A stretch of 64,000 nt of DNA, taken from the NCBI RefSeq assembly GCF_009834535.1, contig NC_045696.1, forward strand, positions 18,664,001 to 18,728,000, in the 5' to 3' direction. The position numbers were made by a program, and so were the translations under genes. The notes under the pieces are model-generated. The model did not search any database, was not told where the DNA came from, and saw nothing but the letters and a program-made list of their open reading frames with translations. This stretch comes from Camelus ferus. Its lineage: Eukaryota. Below, piece by piece: positions 54,753 through 64,000 of the stretch (positions are counted from its first letter, which is position 1; the number at the start of each line of letters is the position of its first letter).

Positions 54753-57700
54753 TTTTTCCTTCCAATTTTATTGATATATAATTAACATGGAGCACTGTGT
54801 AAGTTTAAGTTGTACAGCATAATAATTTTGACTTACATATTTCATGAGATGATTACCACAATAAGGTTAATGAGGATCCATTGTCTCCTCAAAAATACAA
54901 AAGACAGAAAATATTTTTCATCGTGATTAGAATATATATATATATATATCTCACAACTATTTTATCAATTTATCTATCAATGGGCACATAGCTACCTAGC
55001 TTGCTTACATATCCTGGCTTTTGTAAATAATGATGCAGTAAACAGATGGATGCATGTATCTTTTTGAATTAGATTTTTATTTTCTTCAGTTAAATACTCA
55101 GGAATGGGATTGCTGTATTATATGGTAGTTCTGTTTTTAGTGCTTTGAAAAACCTTCATACTGTTTTCTATTGTGGCTGAACCAACTTACATTCCACCAA
55201 CAGTGCATGTGTGTTCACTTTTCTCCACATCTGCACCAACTCTTGTTACTTCTTTTTGATAATAGACATTATTACAGGTGTGAGGTGATATCTCATTGTG
55301 GTTTAGATTCACTTTTTCCTGCTGATTAATGATGTTGGGCATCTTTTGACGTGTCTGTTGGCCATCTCTATGTCTTCTTTGGAAAATGTCTCTTCACATC
55401 CCTTGCCCATTTTTTAATTATTTTTTTAATGTTTAGTTGTATGAGTTCTTTCTGCATTTTGGATATTAACCCCTTATCAGATATATTTTGCAAATATCTT
55501 CTCCCATTCAGTAGGCAGTATTTTCATTATGTTGTTAGTTTTCTTCTCTGTGCAAAAGCTTTTTAGTTAGATGTAGTCCCATTTGCTTATTTTTGCTTTT
55601 GTTTCCCTTGCCTGAGGATGTGTGTCAATATATATATATATTTCTAAGACTGGTGATAAAGATCATACTGACTATATTTTCTTCCAGGAATTTTATCGTT
55701 TCAGGCTTTATAAATAAGTCTTTCATCCATTTTGAGTTTATTTTTGTATATGGTGTGGGACTATTGTCCATTTTGATTATTTTGCATGTAGCTGTCCAGT
55801 TTACTCAACATTGTTTATTGAAGAGGCTGTCTTTCCCCATTGTATATTCTTGTATCCTTTGTTATAGATTAATTGAGCACATAAGTATGGAATTATTAAT
55901 AGGCTGGCTGTTCTGTTGATGTACGTGTCTGTGTTTTTAGCTGGTACCATAGTATTTTGATTACTCTGGCTTTGAAACATAGTTTGGCACCAGAGCACAG
56001 TGCCTTCAGCTTAATTCTTTCTTAAGATTCTTTTGACCATTCTGGGTCTTTGTGTTTCCGTACAAATTTTAGAATTGTTCTAGCTCTGCAGAAAATGCTA
56101 TTGATATTTGATTGGGATTGCACTGAAACTGTATATTGCCTTGATTAGTATGATCATATTAGTAATATTAATTCTTGCCAATCAGTGAGCACAGAATATC
56201 TTTCCATTTGCTTGTGTCTTTGAAAATTTCTTTCATCTTATAGTTTTCTGTGTATAGATTTTTACCTCCTCAGCTTTATTTCTAGGTATTTGATTCTTTT
56301 TGATGCCCTTGTAAATGGGTTATTTTCTAAATTTCTTTCATCTTCTGTTTTCTGTGTACAGATTTTTACCTCCTCAGCTTTATTTCTAGGTATTTGATTC
56401 TTTTTGATGCCCTTGTAAATGGGTTATTTTCTAAATTTCTCTTTCTGATAGTTCATTGTTAGTATATAAAAATGCAACAGATTTCTGTGTATTAATTTTG
56501 TATCCTAAAATGTACTGAATTAATTTATTAGTTCTAATATTTTTGTGGCATCTTTAGCATTTTCTATACATAGTATCATGTCATCTACAAATAATCACAG
56601 TTTTACTTATCTCTCTCCAATTTTTGTTGCTTTTATTTCATCTCTGATTTCTGTAGCTAGGAGTACCAATACTATGTTGAATAAGGGTGAGATTGGGCGT
56701 CCTGGGGTGTTTCTAATCTTAGGGGAAATTTTTCAGCTTGTCACCTTTGAGAATGATAACAACTGTGGGCTTTTCATATATGATCTTTATTGTGTTGAGT
56801 TGTGTTCCCTCTATGCCCACTTTGTTGAGACTTTTTATCATAAATGGATATCGAATTATGTCAAAGATTTTTCTGTATCTATTGAGATGATCATATGATT
56901 TTTATTCTTCAATTTATCAATATTATGTATCACATTGATTTGTGGATATTAAATCAACTTTGCCTCCCAGTGATAAATCCCACTTGATCATGGTGTGTGA
57001 TCCTTTTAATGTCTTGTTGAATTTGGTTTACTAATATTTTGTTGAGGATTTTTGCACCTAGGTTTATTAGTGATATTGGCCTATAGGTTTCTTATCTTGT
57101 GCCTTTTTTTTCTTTTAATCTGAATGAGGCTGGCATCTTAGAATGAGTGTAGAAGCATTAGAAGCATTCTTCCTCTGGGATTTTTGGAATAGTTGGAGAA
57201 GGATAGGTGTTAACTCTTCTTTAAATGTTTGGTACAACTTACTTGTGAGGCTATGTAGCCCTGGACCTTTGTTTATTGGAAGGTTTTTTTTTTAATTACT
57301 GATTCAATTTCATTACTGGTAATTACTCTTCATATTTTCTGTTTCTTCCTGAATTAGTCTTGGAAGACTACATTTCTAGAAATCTGCCTATGTCTTCTAA
57401 GTTGGGTTGTCCATTTTATTGGCATATGCTGGTTCCTACCAATCTGTTATGAACCTTTGTATTTCTTTGGTGTCAGTTCTTTTTTCTGATTTTATTTATG
57501 TGGGTCCTCTCTTTTATTTTTCTTGATGAATCTGGCTATAGGTTTATCAATTTTGTTTATCTTTTCAAAGAACCAGCTCTTAGATTTATCTTTTCTGGTT
57601 TTTTTTTTTTAAGTCTCTATTTCATTTATTTCTGCTCTGATCTTTATGGTTTCATTTCTTCTAACTTTGAGTTTTGTTTTTCTAGTTCCTTTAGGTGTTA

Positions 57701-57805
57701 GGTTAGGTTGTTTATTTGAGATTTTTCTTATTTTCTGAGGTAAGCTTGTATTGCTAAACTCTCCTCAGAGAACTGCTTTTGCAGTGTCCCATAGATTTTG
57801 GATCT
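54753..57805 (-). mobile_element. L1, ~3 kb 5'-truncated copy (3'UTR plus ORF2 reverse transcriptase region), decayed
   Basis: Continuous antisense L1 from 'ccaattttattgatatataattaaca' to 'gaactgcttttgcagtgtcccatagattttgg'. Confidence 0.95.
56224..56440. repeat. ~105-bp tandem duplication inside the L1
   Basis: Two near-identical units bounded by aaatttct at 56224, 56329 and 56433. Confidence 0.93.
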
Positions 57806-58629
57806 TTTTATAGATACTTTTTCTTAAATATTTTCTTTCAGATTATATCTATGCCGTAGGCATTTATGACATATATAGTTTCAGTGTAAAAATATTTTTT
57901 CTTACTGTGGTCAAATCTAGTTAAAATTCACAGGTCTAAGTTAAATCATCTAATGATCTAATTTTAGAAATATTTGATATTCTTCTTGAAACTTTATTCT
58001 CCTTGAAGTGAATTAATTTAATTTTATCTTGAGTATTTTTTCTAATTAATTGATAATAAAGTGTTAATATCAAGAGAAATGGAAGAAAATTGAAGATACT
58101 TCTAATGTACATCTTTAATATTAATCTATTATTATATAATACAATGGTCATTTTCAAAAGGACTAAGTAAATACTGGGAGAGAGTAGCAACAGAAATAAT
58201 TTCTAAAACTTTCTGTTAACTCTAATGGAAAATTTGAAAGTATGCATTGTTTTCTATAGATTCTGCTAGCTTACAATTAGATTTATATGTAATATGTTTC
58301 ATATAGTTGAGAAGTTTACAGTCCATATCAACAACTTTTAGATGTTCCAAAGTATTTATCTTATTCCTTTTTTTTTTAATTTACCTTTAAAAGAATTTTC
58401 ATTGATACTATTTGAGAATAAAAGAGCTAAGGCTCAATATTTTAGAGTCAACTAGATTTTTTTGTAAGAAGAAATTTCTCTTTTGATGGTTCCTTGTAAA
58501 TGGGATTACTGCTTTCTAAAGATGTCTGTAAAAAATAAGGAGAAAAACTTTACAAATTATTAATCTACAACTGTAGTGTATCTAAATAATTTGTGAACCT
58601 AACACTGTTCTAAGATACAAAGTTAATTT

Positions 58630-59450
58630 TTAAAAAATCCACAACCTGAAATGACCCAATTGAGGCCATGTAACTTAATTGCATATCATTAAATATAAAA
58701 CATTATTTAAGCTAGCACAACAAAACCCAACACCCAACATGAAATTTGATAAACAATTGAAAATTCAAGGTGTTCAGACAGTAGGAAATTATGACCCATG
58801 TACATGTAAAAACAAATAATAAACCAGATTTTAAAAAATCCAAGATGATGGAACTAGCAGGAAACGACTTGAAAATAACTGTTCTAAATATGGTACTTCT
58901 TATGTTCAAGAAGATAGAGGAAACATGAACATAAAAGTAGTAGTAGAAAAATAATAACCCAGAGGAAACAATGATTAAAAGTACAGTTTCTAAAATTGAA
59001 ATATGATTTGATGCTAGTCATGGGAGATTAGACACTGCAGATAAAAGATCAATGTACTTAAGTAATTAATAGGATCCAAAACTGAGTACGGAAAGACAAA
59101 AAATAGAGAAGTCAGTGACCTGTGATACATTATCAAGCGTCTAAAAAAATGAGTAATGGGAGTTCCAGAAGGAAGAAAAGGGAGACAGCAAAAAATTGAA
59201 AGTATGTATATTACAATTTGATACAAAGTTACTAACTCAAAAATCTAAAAGCTCCATGACTCCAAACCAGAACACACCTAAAGGAAGCTCTGCTAAGGCA
59301 TATTGCAATCAAATTGGAGAAAATAAATGCTACTTTAAAAGTACTGTTAAAGACAGAAAAATTAAACATATAGAAGAGCAAAGAGAAGGTTAACAACAAA
59401 CTGTCAAAAGGTACAAACAGGAGAGGACTGGCATTTTTAAAGCTCACAGA
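58630..59450 (+). mobile_element. Old L1 ORF1-region remnant
   Basis: 'atccaagatgatggaactagcaggaaacgacttgaaaataactgtt', 'agattagacactgcaga', 'gtgacctgtgatacattatcaagcgtctaa'. Confidence 0.75.
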
Positions 59451-59466
59451 AAGTTGAAATAATTCA

Positions 59467-59775
59467 GGTCTTTATTTGCTCAGGCTGCTATAACAAAATC
59501 CTTTAGAATGAGTGACTTAAACAACAAAAATATGTTTCTCATATTTCTGAAGGCTTAAATTCTGAGACCAAGGTGCCAGTATGCTTGGGTTATTTTGAGA
59601 ACTCTGGCTTGCAAAAGAAAAAAAAAAAAAAAAAAAAAAGCCTTTTTTTCCGCTGTCTCTTCACGTGAGATAGGGGAGGAGGGAGAGAGAACTCTGTTCT
59701 ATGAAAGGGCTAAACATCATGAAGACACCAACCTCATGACCTCATCTAAACCTAATTACCTGCCAAAGGCCCCAA
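59467..59775 (-). mobile_element. MaLR LTR (MLT1A-like) containing a poly(A) tract
   Basis: 'ttgctcaggctgctataacaaaa...accaaggtgccag...cctcatgacctcatctaaacctaattacctgccaaaggcccca'. Confidence 0.88.
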
Positions 59776-59869
59776 ATTAATTGTGAATTCTGATGGATGT
59801 AGTCTTCTTTTTACACCATTAATAGACCTATTTTTGTTCATTTCTGGTATTATTACATTACTCAGTCAC

Positions 59870-61740
59870 AATCATGATACCTCTCTAAACTCACTCACAC
59901 TCTTCCCTTTGCCTGCATTCAGATCTTAATGACCTTCTGTTGTTGCTCCTCAAACCCCCGAGCAGCTTCTGATCTGATGCTTTCTCCCTTCTCCTGGATC
60001 TTGCCATGGTGGACCTCTCCTCATTAATCAGCTTATCAGCCTCTGCCACTGAGGTCTTTGCTGCTGATGTTACTCATGTCCAATCATTGTACTTCCCATT
60101 TACAATAATTGCTAATATCTGTATGTCTTGTTCATTTATTTAGTAATGTTGTGGTCTCAGTATTTGCCCTTAAACAGGTATCAAGGAAGCAAATGCCTTA
60201 TGTATATTCCTGGTACCTAGAAAAATACTTGGGAAGCAATTGTAGTTCAACAATAATTGTTGAAAAGGTTTTCTTGAATTACTTCAACACTACTGTTTCC
60301 ATTAGTTTATTTTTTTTTAAATTTTTGTTTTCTTTCTATACTTGACTTTCATTTCATATTTCAGTCAGACTGACAGGTTTGAAACGTACATTTGGTCATA
60401 TCATTATAATGTCATTGGATTGAGCTGAGCTTCATCTACTTAGAAAGCCTCACCTGATCCACAGGTGTGTATGTGTGTACACACGTGTGTGCACGCGTAC
60501 ACACACACATCCACACTTAGGCCCACACGCTATTGATTATCACCTCACCTTCCAACTTATACACCAGGAAAGACTTCCATAAACCCTGCCTCACAAACCT
60601 GTCCCTTCACACCCGTCTCCATATGTAGAGGGTCATTCTTTATGCTCTCCCATCGGATACTCTGCTTTACCTTCTTGTAACACAAATCGCTCTGTAGCGT
60701 AATGAGTTCTTCAAGAATGGATCTTTCTTATTTTCCTTTTCCCCTCATTATTCTTTGCACTTTGCATGTTGTAAGCAGTTAGTGTATTCCCAGTGTATAA
60801 AAGTACTCTAAAGTTCTCTGCTCTCATCTCCTATTACTGATTATAATTGATTCAGTGAGATCTGTTGTCTTTTTAAAGGTATCCTGCCTCCTTCCCTCCT
60901 TGCCATCATTGATGCAATTCCCTATATAGAATGCATCCCTGTCCTTGCACTCAGTTGTTTAGCTTTCTGATTTAAAAAATGAAAACTAAAAACTTCAAGC
61001 AAGCCTGCATCCTTCCTTCTTTCTGTCATTTAATCTAGCCATAACGTCATGTTTCCGCCTCTGAATTCTTTACATAGTAGTACATCATATCCATCAGTTA
61101 TAAAGGAAGCCTTCACATTATAATCCATTTTTATTTGAAATTATATTAATGTATAGAGGGGTCATAGTTCCCGTATTTAGCATAAATAACAAACATTCAT
61201 TTGTTTTAACTCTGGTACTATCTAGTGCATTACTTGCATACAACATTCTTAATGAATTATTTCCATCTGGTTTTCCAGTTTTGGATGATGGTACCATTGA
61301 TTGTGGTCCCTTAAAAACAGATTTCTGGGCAAAGTTGCATATGGAATCAAAATCTTCCTGAGAATCTCTATTTCCAGTAAATACTTCAAGTGAATTAGAG
61401 CAAGAGAAAAATTAGGAAACCCTAGATGATTGCTCTGCCACCCCAGTCAATTCATATTCTGCTCTACTAACTGTTTCATTCATTCTCTTCATAGTTTCCC
61501 AATACTGTTCCTCCATTTCTTATTCTTAGCTAATAAACGTACTTTGTGATTCACTGAAAAATGGAAGCAATTAAAAAGAACCTCCATATGCTCCTTCTTC
61601 CAAATTTTGTGATCTGCTTTCTTCTTACCCATTTATTCTCTGTCTTCCTTCCTTTTACAGCTGTTGGCTGCCTGTGCTCCTGAGTAAGTCAGTATCTCCA
61701 CTTGATCCTCTTTCCAGAATCATCCGTTCTCCTTTCTCTA
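59870..61740 (+). mobile_element. Series of degenerate L2 fragments
   Basis: Pyrimidine-rich L2 motifs with 3' ends near 60270 ('gttcaacaataattgttgaa') and 60790; boundaries unclear. Confidence 0.55.
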
Positions 61741-62959
61741 AAAACTAAAGCAAAACCACTGGATTCTTTTATTTTCTGCTATTGACAGAATGAAATATAT
61801 TCATTTAAATACAAAATCCCACACAACACTCTGCTTCATTTATAAGTGTTTGAACTTATACGTGTGAACTCTATGGGAAGCATTGTTTTGAAATGTATTT
61901 GCTTTTTATACGTTATATGTAGTTTACTTTTTCTGTTGATCCTCTTATCTGAAAATACATTGTGCTATTTTAATTATCAGCACACACATTCATATTGCTT
62001 CTTCCAAAGTATGACAAAGTAAAATTAACCTCATTTGAACTCTAATTTGACATTTTGACTACTTGAGATAGGATGAAAAAGATTTTAAGGTAATTTTCCA
62101 ATTTTTTTGCTCTTTTATTAATGAAGAAAATGATCTAAAAACATAATACCTGAGTCTCCTGAACATAATTATATGATGCTTTAATATTACTGTGACAGAA
62201 GCACTGGTTTAATAGAAAGGAAAAAAGATTTCAAATAAAATTCAATTTTTAACTGCTCTTGTTTCAGCACGCTTTACTTGGTGCACATATAAATGAAATA
62301 GCAAGGGCTTGTAGAAAGAAGATACTGAACTTAATAACTTTGAATTCAAATTAATAAAAATTACATCAAAGACACCATTTCATTGTACTGAGTATGTCCA
62401 ATCCTTTCAAACTATCCATTAAAAAGATAATGTTTAATGAACAAGAGTTTTGTTTTTATCAATTTTTAAAGCTTATTAAAAGCCTTGAAACAAAATTTAA
62501 AAATAAAAATGTGTATCTATATAGAATGATCTGGACCGCTAGGTCCCCTGCATTGCCTGAAATGCTTCAGCTGAACCTGTGAGCAGGCAGCCCTCAGGCT
62601 TGAAAGAACATCAGTTAAAGCTATTGTGACCTCATCTGTCAAAGTGATATCTCAGTTACACAAAAACTTCCATCTACATCAGAAATCCATTAACCACTGA
62701 TCCTAAATAACAGAGCTCACATAATGGATGGCTGAATTTCTGTTTGGAATGGGGGTTGGCTTATCAGGCTGACTGAGCAAGAGTGGTAAACTGAATGGCA
62801 GGAAAAATAAGATAAAGTTTACAACAGACAAAGTAATCCAAACAGTAACAGGTGAAATATCACTTTAATATTACAGTCAGTTTATATTTTTATCAAAGAG
62901 AATAGAATTCCATGTGGTTATTTTATAACGTGTTAAATTATTGCTTAAAATAAGAGTGG

Positions 62960-63195
62960 TACTACCAAACCTTTGTACCATACTTATGACTGTTCAAGAG
63001 CTTTGCAAGTATGAACTAGTGTAAACCCCACAAAAACCCTTTGAGGTGGATACTTTTACTATCCTATTGCTCCACATGGAGGAACTGAGACCCAGAGGTT
63101 TGAGTGATTTGACTTAGTTCACACAGCTAGACAGTAGAGGGGATAAGATATGTTCCCGGACATTCTGGCTCCAAAGACTATGCCCTTAACCTACC
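62960..63195 (-). mobile_element. MIR, near full length
   Basis: 'ccccacaaaaaccctttgaggtggatact...gaggaactgagacccagagg...tcacacagctag...ctggctccaaagactatgcccttaacc'. Confidence 0.88.
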
Positions 63196-63404
63196 CACAG
63201 TACAATCTTTCAAATCAGTCACCAGTAAAATGTGTTTGGTAAAACAGTGTCAGATTATGTTTCATCCAAAATAAAGAATCAACTGGGACACTGTGTGCAT
63301 GCTTTTTGTAAGAATGAGCTGAAGTTTTAAATCCTTGAAAATGTGGGGTTCTGATATCATATGCTGTAAGACGGCAAAGTTTGCAGAACATATGTAGTAG
63401 TAAA

Positions 63405-63560
63405 TTTGGCAAATGAATCTTCTAGCATGATTGAAAATAAAAATGGGAGTTAGATATTGCCAAATAAATTGACATGAATTGAGGATTTACATGAACTGGT
63501 GATCCGTACATAGCTTAAGGCCTGGTAAACAGTGAATACTCAATAAATGCTTATTAGCTA
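63405..63560 (+). mobile_element. MIR 3' half
   Basis: 'taaaaatgggag...tgaggatttacatgaa...gcctggtaaacagtgaatactcaataaatg'. Confidence 0.7.
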
Positions 63561-63878
63561 CATTGTCATGCTTATTAATTATAAGTTGTTAATAATCCAT
63601 ATAGGAGACATCAACTCATATGTACAATAAGACCATAAATGTAATGATTAGTAATATTTATTGGTTTGATTCTTATTTACTCAAATCTTTTTATCTATAT
63701 CCAATATATTTCACAGATACTGTATTTAATTACATTTCACCAAAAACCTGATGCAATAATGACAAACCTGGCAACGATACCAGTTAAGAAGTTAGCAAGT
63801 GTTAAGGTAAAGTCAAATGTTACCTCTGTTTTGGAACCCAGTTTTATTATAGTTTTCTAGAAGCTCTGTGTAAGTCCC

Positions 63879-64000
63879 TGTATTAGTCAGGATTCTCCAG
63901 AGAAACAGAACTGACATAATGTGTATATAGACAGAAGGAGATTTATCTTGAAAAATTCGCTCATGTCATCATGGGGGCTTGATAAGGCCAAAAACTGCAG
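63879..64000 (-). mobile_element. ERVL LTR (MLT2-like), runs off the window end
   Basis: 'tgtattagtcaggattctccagagaaacagaac...gagatttat...gctcatg'. Confidence 0.85.

Noticed and set aside
1..64000. ORF-track entries as host genes
   Set aside because: All are 125 aa or shorter, low in complexity or repeat-derived. I found no recognisable host protein and no consistent exon chain.

Overview
This is AT-rich, CpG-poor mammalian DNA that reads as non-coding (intergenic, or inside one large intron). A Vic-1-type tRNA-derived SINE (47874-48031) and young L1 3'UTRs point to a camelid (alpaca, llama or camel). I found no intact protein-coding gene, RNA gene or CpG island. The ORF track is mostly noise plus decayed L1 ORF2 and Tigger transposase fragments. 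Much of the window is interspersed repeats: L1, L2, MIR, MaLR/ERVL solo LTRs, and Tigger/hAT MITEs. Family names come from my memory of consensus sequences, and boundaries of old repeats are approximate. The most notable structures are DNA-repair and insertion scars: a perfect 85-bp templated copy preceded by two serial snap-back inversions (18723-18843, donor 20051-20135), two more short paired duplications 1.2 and 3 kb apart, and a twin-primed 5'-inverted L1. There are also a few candidate enhancers and minus-strand exons. I cannot support a novel biological system from this sequence alone.
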